Shown one piece after another: positions 37,912 through 47,383 of a DNA stretch of 64,000 nt. Position 1 is the stretch's first letter. Each line of letters starts with the position of its first letter. The position numbers and the translations under genes were made by a program. The stretch is from Theionarchaea archaeon (lineage in GTDB: Archaea; Methanobacteriota_B; Thermococci; Methanofastidiosales; SZ-28-30): assembly GCA_018992685.1 (NCBI GenBank), contig JACVGT010000008.1, forward strand, positions 3,257 to 67,256. Reading direction: 5' to 3'. The notes under the pieces are model-generated. The model saw only the letters and a list, made by a program, of their open reading frames with translations, was not told the origin of the DNA and did no database searches.

Positions 37912-39003
37912 ATGAAGAGAATATTCGTTTCCATTACTCTGATTACTCTCGTTATCACGCTTGGCTGTGAAGAACAGCAGCCCACAGGGCAGCCAGTGAA
38001 CGTGACTTCCGGAAAGCTTGGAATATGGATAAATCCCAAAGAGGGCGACATGGACCATTACGATGAAGCCCTGGGCGTGGCTAGAGAGGCACAGGTTCAG
38101 CTTGCACATGTATACGTCCAATGGGGACTCGTAGAAAAGGCAAGAAACGAATATGACTGGAGGATACCCGACTACGTTCTGGGCAAGTTCGAAACGTATT
38201 GGTTTGAAGCGGTGGTGGTTATCCCCATCATTTTTACTACCAAGCTGGATGTCATGCCCTCAGACATTACGTTCACAGGATTTCAGGATCCAGAAATCGT
38301 CAGCAGGTTTGTCACGTTCACAGAACTTTTGCTGAAACGATATGGATCAACTGTGAAATACCTGATTATTGGAAATGAAGTAGACCTGTATTTATCGATG
38401 CACCCTGAGTACATCACTGATTTTAGGGCACTGGTGGAGGCTATGGCCAGAACAAGCGATGTCCCTGTAGGGACAGAACTTGCCATTCACTCAGTAATCA
38501 AGTCCAGGACCGAAGACATTGCCCGAGACATCATAGCTGGCGATATGATCTTCTATACCCTCTACCCCACTGGTGAAAACTTCTCTTTCAGCCGACGTGT
38601 GGAAGAGAAAGCCGGCTACTTTAATGCCATGTTTTCCCTAGCGGGGAACAGAAAAATAGCGGTGGTAGAAACTAGTTGGAGCTCCTCTCCCAGCCTGGAA
38701 AGCTCAGAAGAGACCCAAGCCCAGTACATCAAGGAACTCTTCCAGATTCTAACGCAGAACAGAGATAGAATTGAGTTTCTCATGTGGATTACCCTCTACG
38801 ACTCAATCCCACAGACCTGCGAAGAAAGTGCACGATTCTTTGTTGAAGGAGTGGATGATGAGAAGCTCACGGACACTGTGACAATGGGGAGGTTTGCAGA
38901 GTTCATATGCCACCTTGGGTTGAGGAGAGCTGACGGGACTCCAAAACCTGCCTGGTATCAGTGGTTGGCCGAAGTGGAAACATACTACGCTTCCCACCGG
39001 TAG
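37912..39003 (+). CDS. Secreted glycoside hydrolase, TIM-barrel clan GH-A-like (GH5/GH113-type). Probable start MKRIFVS; the track ORF starts at 37828.
   Basis: Signal peptide MKRIFVSITLITLVITLGC. 'YLIIGNEVDLY' (candidate acid/base Glu) and 'AVVETSWSS' (candidate nucleophile Glu). Confidence 0.55.
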   Translation: MKRIFVSITLITLVITLGCEEQQPTGQPVNVTSGKLGIWINPKEGDMDHYDEALGVAREAQVQLAHVYVQWGLVEKARNEYDWRIPDYVLGKFETYWFEAVVVIPIIFTTKLDVMPSDITFTGFQDPEIVSRFVTFTELLLKRYGSTVKYLIIGNEVDLYLSMHPEYITDFRALVEAMARTSDVPVGTELAIHSVIKSRTEDIARDIIAGDMIFYTLYPTGENFSFSRRVEEKAGYFNAMFSLAGNRKIAVVETSWSSSPSLESSEETQAQYIKELFQILTQNRDRIEFLMWITLYDSIPQTCEESARFFVEGVDDEKLTDTVTMGRFAEFICHLGLRRADGTPKPAWYQWLAEVETYYASHR

Positions 39004-39131
39004 GACATATCTTCATACAGTAACCCTGGAAAGATCAATAGTTCAAACCCGCGTTTCCGACTCTACCTATCAAACAAAATCGAAAAGTATATATACTATT
39101 TCTACAGTAAATACATTGGAAATAGCAATAA

Positions 39132-40661
39132 GTGATATTCATGATGGAACTTGAAACCAGTGAGAAGCACATTAGAGTTTCAGACTTTCCACCCTTTGTC
39201 AGAGTGGCTCTGGATCAGAAAGCTCGGAGGAATATTTTCTCCAGAGCCATGAAGAGGGTAGGAGAAGTAAAGAGAACATATGAAAAGCCAGATAACTTTC
39301 CCGTTGAGTTATATGGAAAGAAAAAGGGAAAAATCATAAGACTACTTTCAGAAGGACCACAATCTGCCGCTCATCTGATTGAAGCCAGTGAATTGAGTCC
39401 CAGTGCAGTGTATCATTTTCTGGGAAACCTGAACCAACAGGGGATTCTAGAGAAGAGACAGCGCCAGTATTCTCTGAAAGAAGACGCTTTCAATGTTCTA
39501 TCATTGAGCAATTTGGTTAAACTCGAAGAAGATCCCCGTTTGCGGCGAAAGTATGGCATTTCAGTCAAAGAACTGGAACTGGCATTCTATTTGTGGGACC
39601 GATTTGAAGAAGTGGCTCCCAAGGAGAGGGGCTATGCCCAGACGTACAACAGCACATACACCCTGGCAGATGCAGTGCACCGATGGAGAACAGGCCGGAC
39701 AGATACGCCTATCTGGGCACTGAAAAAACTTATTGAGCTGGATGAATCTGATATATTGGATAACAGGAACAGTATCGTAAAATATCATCTTCCTCCTGGA
39801 ATCCCAGTCAATCCAATGTTCCAGGGAGAATATAAGCTTCCTGTTGCAGTGGATTCAACGCTGGACAGGATCTTGATTCAACTCCTCCAGAAACTTTCAA
39901 AGAATCATCTTTACACATTCCCCAAGAAAAGAAAATGGCTGTTTGAGAACCTTCATGAAAAATTCGGTGAATTCGACGATTCTACGTCACGCCTTCCCTC
40001 AGCCATTACTGTGATTCTTAAATCGTATTACGGATTGCATCGTCTGAAGCGATCTTCAGCACGGATTCCCTCCAAAATTCCGGATAGATGGTCCACGTTA
40101 AGTCCTGTGGATCAAATGCAGGAGAAGTCCCAGCTTCTCCTGCATATAATTTCCTTATCAAGCAAATCAAATGGCGGATTTGAAATCACATCACGTTCAG
40201 AGTCATTCCTTCAGGACATTTCCAATCTTTCCTCCGATCTAGGACTGGGGATGCTCACAGTGCGAAAAAAGCACAAGAGACCCCATTTCAGGGCATACCT
40301 TTCTGAGAACAAGACAGTGACTCTGCGAAGGTATGCCTCATTATCCCAAGTGTACCCGGAGTTGGATTTGTGGATGAGGATTCCTCTCAACCAGATTGCC
40401 CAGAAAATATTGGGTACCGATGGAAGTGCTCACGCCATTGAACGAGTATGCAGCGAAGAGCTTGTGCGGTTCGTGGAATCCATCATCTATTCACTGCAGA
40501 GAAAAAAGAAGTCATACACCTATCCTGCACCAGACTACATGCAGTACAAGGAGGACATCTCACACCACTTCTGGGAGAACAAAGCCCTCCCCACACCCAA
40601 GAAAGTGGAAGAGCTCCTGGAAATGCGTCAAGCTGAAGAGGAGAATCTCCTGTACGCTTGA
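39132..40661 (+). CDS. Large hypothetical protein (509 aa) with an N-proximal winged-helix DNA-binding domain
   Basis: 'KIIRLLSEGPQSAAHLIEASELSPSAVYHFLGNLNQQGILEK' is wHTH-like. The rest is basic and helical with no recognisable motif. Confidence 0.5.
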   Translation: MIFMMELETSEKHIRVSDFPPFVRVALDQKARRNIFSRAMKRVGEVKRTYEKPDNFPVELYGKKKGKIIRLLSEGPQSAAHLIEASELSPSAVYHFLGNLNQQGILEKRQRQYSLKEDAFNVLSLSNLVKLEEDPRLRRKYGISVKELELAFYLWDRFEEVAPKERGYAQTYNSTYTLADAVHRWRTGRTDTPIWALKKLIELDESDILDNRNSIVKYHLPPGIPVNPMFQGEYKLPVAVDSTLDRILIQLLQKLSKNHLYTFPKKRKWLFENLHEKFGEFDDSTSRLPSAITVILKSYYGLHRLKRSSARIPSKIPDRWSTLSPVDQMQEKSQLLLHIISLSSKSNGGFEITSRSESFLQDISNLSSDLGLGMLTVRKKHKRPHFRAYLSENKTVTLRRYASLSQVYPELDLWMRIPLNQIAQKILGTDGSAHAIERVCSEELVRFVESIIYSLQRKKKSYTYPAPDYMQYKEDISHHFWENKALPTPKKVEELLEMRQAEEENLLYA

Positions 40662-40662
40662 A

Positions 40663-42501
40663 CTACTCGCTTGTTGGAATGAGATTGGACACGCTTCTGA
40701 AGGAGGGGTTGGTTCTGGCAAGCCGCTCTCTCACCAGAGGGAACAATTCCAGGTTGGAGTGTGGAAAATACATCGCATCCACGAACTCCTGCTGAAAGTC
40801 CTTCCGAGATGAAAGCTCCACATAGTTGACAGATTCAGAAATTACCCGGGCCTTCTTCCTTTCTTTCACTGAAAGTAAACACAGCTTGGCCCCCACCCCC
40901 GCTGCGTTCCCTATACCCTTGATCTTCTCTGTAGGGATGTCAAAGATCAATCCGATGTCCTTTGCTGCCTCCTTGGGAATGTAGTTACCAAAGGCACCTG
41001 CCAATGCGATTTCTTCAACATCCTTCACTGTCACTCCGTACGTCTTCAGCAGAATCCTCTGGGCTGCAAAAATCGCTCCCTTGGCCAACTGGATCTCTCT
41101 CAGGTCTTTCTGAGTAACTGCAATTGCACCATTGATCACGAACGAATCGTTTTTCATCCTGGAGGCAAACCTCTCACTTGTCTGGAGCTTCCCAGCCGCA
41201 TTGATCAAACCATTTCTGAGCAGCTCTGCTGTTACACTGATCAACCCAGAGCCAGCAATTCCCTGGGGTGGCTCGTCATCAATCGTGTGGACTGTCACGT
41301 GGTCATTGATCTCCACCCGTTCGATAGCCCCGGGCGCTGCCCGCATCCCGTATCTGATATGGGTGCCTTCAAAAGCAGGGCCTGCAGCAGTAGAACAGGC
41401 CAAAACCCTGTCCTCCGTTCCCAGAACTACTTCACAGTTTGTTCCTATATCAATAAGGAGGCGCAAACGGTCATCAAGAGGATGCGCAATGATATCTGCC
41501 ACGGTATCTGCTCCCACAAATCCCGCTATCATTGGGAGCACATACATTCGCTTTCCATACAGTGTGGAAGGAACAGACAGGGGTTCTTTCACCACAGGAA
41601 TATAGGGGGAAACAGCCAGACTGCGGGGAGAAATACCCAGGAGCAGATGCTGCATGCAGGCATTTCCCGCCACTACCAGCTCATAGACTTCGCCTTTTCT
41701 TGTTCCAGCTGCATCTGCAAGTTCGGTGATAATGCCCATAAGGCAGTCTCGCAGTGATCTACGCAACCGGTCCAGATTCTCAGGATTCTGAGCAAAATTG
41801 ATCCTGGAAATGACGTCATCCCCATAACTGATCTGTGGATTCATCCTGGCCTTGACAGCGCATTGTTCTCCTGAATTTAAATCCATGAGGTAACCCACCA
41901 CAGTGGTCGTTCCGACATCAAAGGCCACTCCGAAACAACGATCACTGGTGTCACCTCTCTCGCATCCCACCAGTTCATCTCCCAGGAGAACCAGAGTGAC
42001 CTCGAATTTGGAATCCCTCATGGCCACGGGTATTTGGTTCAGAGCTTCCAGGCTGACAGACCTCATATCGTACTCCATCGAGTCCCTCAGCCTCTCTACA
42101 TCCGTCCTGTTGTCCTCCAGAGACGGTTCTGGGAGCTTGAGGAAGATCTTCTTGACATTGGGGGCTAATAGTATCTTTCTGGTGACCCCTTCCACCAGGA
42201 TACGCTGCTTTCTGGCCAGCGATTCCTCGGGTATGTAGACAGTAAGGTTTTTGTCAACAATAGCCTGACATGCCAATCTGAACCCTCGTCTCAACTCATT
42301 CTGGGAGAAGAATTCCATTTCCTCTTCAGTGTATCCTTCGTAGCCAGATACCTGCACCTTACACTTGCCACACAACCCTTTTCCTCCACATTCAGCGCGC
42401 AGCTGGATCCCTGCGGCGTGTGCGGCCTCCAGTACTGTGTGCCCTGGTTCCACCAGAAGGCGTTTTGCTGAGGGTTGAAAGGTTACCTGAAGGCTGACCA
42501 T
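40663..42501 (-). CDS. RACo-like ferredoxin-ASKHA ATPase (COG3894 / DUF4445; reductive activase family). Probable start MVSLQVTF; the track ORF extends to 42600.
   Basis: N-terminal plant-type 2Fe-2S ferredoxin 'CGGKGLCGKCKV...ACQ', followed by an ASKHA fold 'VAFDVGTTTVVGYL'. Confidence 0.75.
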   Translation of the reverse strand: MVSLQVTFQPSAKRLLVEPGHTVLEAAHAAGIQLRAECGGKGLCGKCKVQVSGYEGYTEEEMEFFSQNELRRGFRLACQAIVDKNLTVYIPEESLARKQRILVEGVTRKILLAPNVKKIFLKLPEPSLEDNRTDVERLRDSMEYDMRSVSLEALNQIPVAMRDSKFEVTLVLLGDELVGCERGDTSDRCFGVAFDVGTTTVVGYLMDLNSGEQCAVKARMNPQISYGDDVISRINFAQNPENLDRLRRSLRDCLMGIITELADAAGTRKGEVYELVVAGNACMQHLLLGISPRSLAVSPYIPVVKEPLSVPSTLYGKRMYVLPMIAGFVGADTVADIIAHPLDDRLRLLIDIGTNCEVVLGTEDRVLACSTAAGPAFEGTHIRYGMRAAPGAIERVEINDHVTVHTIDDEPPQGIAGSGLISVTAELLRNGLINAAGKLQTSERFASRMKNDSFVINGAIAVTQKDLREIQLAKGAIFAAQRILLKTYGVTVKDVEEIALAGAFGNYIPKEAAKDIGLIFDIPTEKIKGIGNAAGVGAKLCLLSVKERKKARVISESVNYVELSSRKDFQQEFVDAMYFPHSNLELFPLVRERLARTNPSFRSVSNLIPTSE

Positions 42502-42927
42502 GAAGGTACATGCTTGAGAACAGATAAAAAGCTTTGCTATCAAATGAAGGAGGTCTATTCTGTGATATGTCCAGCAGAGAGCGTACTTTACATATATCAA
42601 GGTTCAGAGGTACCTATCATCTTCATATACCCTGAGACCTCATACTCTACATATACCAAGGCCCCAAAGTGATATTCAGGTAGAATTTATGTCACATTAT
42701 GCTTCTCATGGAGCAGAAGGAGCATACATTCCTGTTAACAGTATTCGGTGAGCGGTGGATAATTCTCAAGGAATGTCTCCCTGGGACGCAAGGGTGAGGA
42801 CTCTGAATTCGGGAAGGTCCTGGGTTCTCTATCCACCTCACCCGGTCAACCACAGGTCTGGAGACTACTCCACGATGAGCTTCAAGCTGCAAAACCTTTA
42901 ATAAAGAGCTGCAACAAGAGAGAACAA

Positions 42928-43578
42928 ATGCTCGTGGGAATCGATGAATCTGGGAGAGGGCCTGTCATAGGCCCACTGGTGGTGTGTGCTGTGGCAGTAT
43001 CACCTGGCACTGTTGAAGAGCTAGAAGCATTAGACCTCCATGATTCCAAGAAATATACGCGAAAGAAGAGGGAAGCACTTGAGCCACTCATTCTGCCCCT
43101 GGTGGACACTGAAATTGCTGAGATTTCTGCACATGAGATCGACGTCCAGAGGATGTGCAGGACCTTGAATGATATTGAAGCAGAGATGTTCGCCCAGGTG
43201 CTGACGAGGTTCTCTGATGCCCGCACCATCATTGTTGATGCCTGTGATGTAAATCCTCGACGATTTGGCGAGAAAGTGTGCCGCCATTCAGGAGTGCACA
43301 AAATCATCTCAGAACATAGAGCAGATGATACATATCCTGTTGTTTCTGCTGCTTCGATCCTTGCAAAAGTGCAGAGAGATAGAAGAATTGACGAGCTGAA
43401 AGACACGTATGGTGACTTCGGGTCTGGGTACTGTTCCGACACCAGGACTACAACATTCCTCAGAGAGTATCTTCACAGGGAGGGTACATTACCCCCCATT
43501 ACTCGCTCTTCGTGGGACACAGCCAGAAGAATGCTGGAAGAGTACTCTCAGTGTACACTTGATGAGTTCTCCCACTGA
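42928..43578 (+). CDS. rnhB: Ribonuclease HII
   Basis: 'MLVGIDESGRGPVIGPLVVCAV' includes the catalytic DESGRG. 216 aa. Confidence 0.9.
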   Translation: MLVGIDESGRGPVIGPLVVCAVAVSPGTVEELEALDLHDSKKYTRKKREALEPLILPLVDTEIAEISAHEIDVQRMCRTLNDIEAEMFAQVLTRFSDARTIIVDACDVNPRRFGEKVCRHSGVHKIISEHRADDTYPVVSAASILAKVQRDRRIDELKDTYGDFGSGYCSDTRTTTFLREYLHREGTLPPITRSSWDTARRMLEEYSQCTLDEFSH

Positions 43579-43622
43579 AAAATGACTGAGATACACGTGG
43601 TAATTTCACTAGAACCTGAGAA

Positions 43623-43778
43623 TTATTCCTTCTCCTTCACCTTCTTTATGGCATTCTCCAGAAGATCGTCTGTGTCTCGTTCCCCCTTGGTCAATGCTGA
43701 GAGGGGGTCCTGAGGGGGGATCATGTCCTTCAAAGCTTCTCTGATGTAATGGTCTCTTGCCTTTTTTCTGGAAGACAT
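43623..43778 (-). CDS. Possible small basic protein (51 aa) not in the ORF track
   Basis: Hand translation gives MSSRKKARDHYIREALKDMIPPQDPLSALTKGERDTDDLLENAIKKVKEKE, ATG to TAA. No homology assignable. Coordinates are ±2 nt. Confidence 0.2.
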   Translation of the reverse strand: MSSRKKARDHYIREALKDMIPPQDPLSALTKGERDTDDLLENAIKKVKEKE

Positions 43779-44076
43779 ACTCTAATATTCGTTCAGAACT
43801 TTAAGAATGTTTTGATGCTGTGATTACTGTGATCTCGTCATTGGTGGACGTCTTCTTATACTCCCTGCTGGCAAAAGGGAAAAAAGAAGAATTGCAGACT
43901 GTGCCCAAATAGCAGGCGACCTTCAGAGCCAGCTGTCCATTGATGGCTTTTCTATCCTATCTTTTCAAGAATACCTCTGATATACCCTGGGGAATGATGC
44001 AGGGAAAAAATAGGCCAAGAGAGACACGACACCCCGATTCAGAGCTGTCCTGTCTCACCTCAAAATGAAAGAGTGG

Positions 44077-44997
44077 TTATTGTCTCTTGAAAACCTTCTT
44101 GTATGTCATCATCCCTGCAAAGGCCAATGCTGTCAGGAACACGGCCAGCGGAACAAAGTATCCCAGAAATATGATGATACCTCTGATAGCTCCCAGGAAC
44201 CCTTCAATTGCCTGGTCCAAAGCTCTTCTCATTCCTGACTCATGAACGACTTCCTCTGGTTCTGCCATCTGGATATAGATTGCAGAATAGCGTATCTGGG
44301 TTTCCATGTAGTTGAGAGTCCCCTGCAGGCTCTCGATTTCCCCCCGTATCCTTTCAAGCTGGGTTTCCACCCTCAACACTTCTTCCACCGTGGTGGCCAT
44401 GTCCAGGATTTCCAGGTACCGCTGTTCCTGGTGTTCCAGGTTGTCAAGGCGAGCTTTCAGATCGATGTACTGCTCTGTCACGTCTTCCAGTGTAAGATTC
44501 TCCTCTTTCAGATCCCCCACAGTCTCAATGTCTTTGACTGCTTCCTCAAACCGATCCTCTGGAACCCTGATGGCGACATGACCAACTTCTCTGTCACCAT
44601 ACTGCTGAACTGCTGAGTCAGCAACATACCCGCCATATGTTGCAGCTATCTCCTCAACAGCTTTGAGAGCCTGGGAGTAGGAATCAACCTCCAGAGAGAG
44701 AAATGCGGTCTTGATGAGCAGCGGCTCTGAAGGAACTGAATACTGCCCACCAGTGGAAGGAAGAGGCACAGCCTCAGATTCCTTGAACAACGATGGAAAA
44801 CTGAAAAAATCTCTGGAGAAAGCAGCCTCGCGGGCAACGTATACCTCTTCAGGTGGACTTCCTGCATACCTATCTTCCTCAAGATACGAAGACTGACCAA
44901 TCTGGACGACAGCCAGGAAGGCTGCCAGTACACAGCTGACAGCAATGACACCAATCAACAATGTCTTTTCTCTCATAATTCTACTGGATTCCTCCAC
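44077..44997 (-). CDS. DUF4349-like membrane protein (N- and C-terminal TM, central coiled-coil)
   Basis: N-terminal TM 'TLLIGVIAVSCVLAAFLAVV'. Central 'EENLTLEDVTEQYIDLKARLDNLEHQEQRYLEIL...' coiled-coil. C-terminal TM. 306 aa. Confidence 0.55.
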   Translation of the reverse strand: MEESSRIMREKTLLIGVIAVSCVLAAFLAVVQIGQSSYLEEDRYAGSPPEEVYVAREAAFSRDFFSFPSLFKESEAVPLPSTGGQYSVPSEPLLIKTAFLSLEVDSYSQALKAVEEIAATYGGYVADSAVQQYGDREVGHVAIRVPEDRFEEAVKDIETVGDLKEENLTLEDVTEQYIDLKARLDNLEHQEQRYLEILDMATTVEEVLRVETQLERIRGEIESLQGTLNYMETQIRYSAIYIQMAEPEEVVHESGMRRALDQAIEGFLGAIRGIIIFLGYFVPLAVFLTALAFAGMMTYKKVFKRQ

Positions 44998-45035
44998 TAT
45001 TTATAGATTTCCCTATACTTCAACTTCTATTGAAC

Positions 45036-45893
45036 TCATTCTTTAAGAAAAATAAGATTTGTGCGCTTATACTTCTCTTTTTTGACTACATTTCTGCTTT
45101 CAAGGTCTGAAATTATCTTTGAAATCTTTGATTTAGAAAATCCCGTATTTCTCACCAGGTCTTTCTGAACAATCCTCCCCCCTGCCTTTCGTATTTCCTC
45201 CAGGACTTTCTGTTCATCAGCAACAACGTACTCGGGCTGGGGCTTGCGCCTTCTCCCCAGGTAGAACCCCACGGCAAGTCCGGCAACCAGTGCCGCAGCA
45301 AGGTAGTACAGCAGGAATTCGTCAGAGTTGGGAGAACTCACAGGCTTATACCCCAGTAATACCATGAACTCTTCTCCTTCCGACAGAACGTCTCTTTTCC
45401 ATTTCACCACTAGGGTTTCCCGATACGAATAGAAGGAGGTGGGTACAGGGTAAATGGGAGATACCACAGCCATTTCTGACGGAACGGTAATCTCAATCTG
45501 AAAATTCTTTACCGGAACAGAAAACTGGAATATGGGTGAGAATACCCACTTTCCCTCCTTCACGGGGCTGATATAGCCAGAGGTATCAAATTCAACGGTA
45601 AAGGTATAGGGTCTCGACCCTATGATGTCAAGGTAGCACAGCAGCAGATCATTCTTGATCTCATGGTTAACCCTACCCTGGCTGTCATATACCTGCAGGT
45701 TCTCCAATGGATACAGAAAACTGTATTCAAGAATCGGCAGTGAATCATAATTCTCCACAGTAATGGTAATCTCTTCATGGACCTTTCCCTCTGAAATATT
45801 GATGGTCACACTGTACTCAGTTATTTCATACGGGTAGTCCGTGGGTAAGGGCTGCAGCAACAGCATCACAGCAACCAATGCGCTGAGAACCAT
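45036..45893 (-). CDS. Membrane-tethered winged-helix regulator with an extracytoplasmic beta-rich sensor domain
   Basis: Signal/TM at the N-terminus, ~190-aa beta-rich ectodomain, TM 'FLLYYLAAALVAGLAVGFYLG', then a C-terminal MarR-like HTH 'KDLVRNTGFSKSKISKIISDLESRNVVKK'. Confidence 0.55.
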   Translation of the reverse strand: MVLSALVAVMLLLQPLPTDYPYEITEYSVTINISEGKVHEEITITVENYDSLPILEYSFLYPLENLQVYDSQGRVNHEIKNDLLLCYLDIIGSRPYTFTVEFDTSGYISPVKEGKWVFSPIFQFSVPVKNFQIEITVPSEMAVVSPIYPVPTSFYSYRETLVVKWKRDVLSEGEEFMVLLGYKPVSSPNSDEFLLYYLAAALVAGLAVGFYLGRRRKPQPEYVVADEQKVLEEIRKAGGRIVQKDLVRNTGFSKSKISKIISDLESRNVVKKEKYKRTNLIFLKE

Positions 45894-45947
45894 GCAGTCA
45901 CATACTGTACCTGCTTTAAAAAAGGTTCGTATTCTTCAAGACAACAA

Positions 45948-46691
45948 TCAGACGAACCTGGTCTTCTCTATGCGCACTTTGTCTGGAAAGACTGTAGGTT
46001 CAGGAACCAGAAAGGGAATCAAAAGTTCAAAATCAGGCTGTTCAATAATCACGTCCACACTTCTACTGAACTCAATAAACTCCTTCTTGAATCCCTTCTC
46101 TGCCTCTTCAAGGCACTGCTTCAATCGCTGTGTGAGGTTTGACGACGGGTTAAACAAGATTGAGAATCCAACCTCTTGGAACATAGCCCAGTCATTCTCA
46201 TCATTTCCCACTGCCACACTTTCCTTCTTGGACGATTTCTGGGCCACAATCTTCCGCACGAGGTCTCCTTTCGACTGCAGGGTGATGAGTGTCTCTGAAA
46301 CAAGGGATCCCGTGATCTTTCCCTCTCGGATTTCGAGAGTGTTCCCATAGCACTCTGTAATTCCCAACCTCTCGGCAAAAGCGGCCGCTATCTGCTGCAC
46401 TCCATTGGTGATGAGAATTGGCTGATACTCTGCTCTCTTCAGCGCTTCAATGGTTCTTTCAGCTCCTTTCACTACAGGCAGAGTGTCTCCCACTTCCTTC
46501 AGTATTGATTCAGGTATATCGCAGAACAGGCTCACTCCTTTCCGAATTACCCATTCCAGTCCAATCTTCTTGTTTGTCGTCCCAGAAAATATCTTCTTGA
46601 GCTCAGCTTCTCTGCCCACCTTTTCTGCAAAGTGAAGAGCGTGTGCTGTGGGGGTGAGTACCCCATCCATATCAAAGAAAACAAGCTTCAT
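45948..46691 (-). CDS. HAD-superfamily phosphatase (phosphoserine-phosphatase SerB-like, subfamily IB)
   Basis: 'MKLVFFDMDGVL' motif I, 'ILITNG', and a 'GDGENDWAM'-type motif IV (VGNDENDWAM). 247 aa. Confidence 0.7.
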   Translation of the reverse strand: MKLVFFDMDGVLTPTAHALHFAEKVGREAELKKIFSGTTNKKIGLEWVIRKGVSLFCDIPESILKEVGDTLPVVKGAERTIEALKRAEYQPILITNGVQQIAAAFAERLGITECYGNTLEIREGKITGSLVSETLITLQSKGDLVRKIVAQKSSKKESVAVGNDENDWAMFQEVGFSILFNPSSNLTQRLKQCLEEAEKGFKKEFIEFSRSVDVIIEQPDFELLIPFLVPEPTVFPDKVRIEKTRFV

Positions 46692-46693
46692 GG

Positions 46694-46927
46694 TTACAAC
46701 TCGACAACTACCAATGTCATGGATTCAGTGACACCGTCAATCCTCTCAATACGGTGAAGGATGATGTCTGTCAACTGGGTCAACCCTTCCACAGCCAAGT
46801 AGATCACCATGTCGTACGGGCCTGTAATGGCCTCAGCCTCTATCACTTCATCCAGTTCTCTAACTCTCTCCAGTGCCGTCTTCAACATGCCAATACGCAC
46901 TGTCAGGAGGAGATACGCGTACAGCAT
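46694..46927 (-). CDS. Stand-alone RAM (Lrp/AsnC C-terminal ligand-binding) domain protein
   Basis: 77 aa. 'AEAITGPYDMVIYLAVEGLTQLTDIILHRIERIDGVTESMTLVVV' matches the RAM domain. Confidence 0.65.
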   Translation of the reverse strand: MLYAYLLLTVRIGMLKTALERVRELDEVIEAEAITGPYDMVIYLAVEGLTQLTDIILHRIERIDGVTESMTLVVVEL

Positions 46928-47224
46928 ACTCTTTCTTTCGTTAGGAGTTTATAAAGTCTTTGATTCGCCGCAAGTACTGGATTTTGTAGAAATGAAAGCA
47001 GTCTGCAGAACCACCACGACATCCCTGATGCACTCAGACCCGGATGAGCATGTCACTTCTGTTGAATTCGATTCTCGGTGGATAATTATAATGGGAGAGG
47101 GGCTCTGTGACGGGGAACTCATGGATTCCAAGAGTCTCATGGTGGAAAAGAGGATGTGATACAGGGAGTTGCTCTTCTTGACTGGAAGCACAAAGGTTTT
47201 TAACAGCTGATCGAAGTTTCTCTC

Positions 47225-47383
47225 ATGATGGTGGAAAAAGATTTATGTATGTACTGTGGCTGTTGCGCCAGCGTCTGTCCATTCAGCGGTGTTATTGTTA
47301 CAGATTATGATGTTCAGGTCACAGATACCTGTACAGACTGCAAGACCTGCGTCAGAGCTTGCCCCATGGGGGCGATCCAATGA
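47225..47383 (+). CDS. 2x[4Fe-4S] ferredoxin (52 aa), absent from the ORF track, translationally coupled to the geranylgeranyl reductase
   Basis: Hand translation gives MMVEKDLCMYCGCCASVCPFSGVIVTDYDVQVTDTCTDCKTCVRACPMGAIQ, i.e. two CxxCxxCxxxCP motifs. Its TGA overlaps the GGR ATG (MRECDVL...) as ATGA. Coordinates are ±1 nt. Confidence 0.65.
   Translation: MMVEKDLCMYCGCCASVCPFSGVIVTDYDVQVTDTCTDCKTCVRACPMGAIQ

Noticed and set aside
40663-42600. RamA (methylamine corrinoid activase) call
   Set aside because: RamA-type proteins carry C-terminal 2x[4Fe-4S] ferredoxin domains. This protein has an N-terminal plant-type 2Fe-2S domain, so it is RACo-like. No methanogenesis genes are present.
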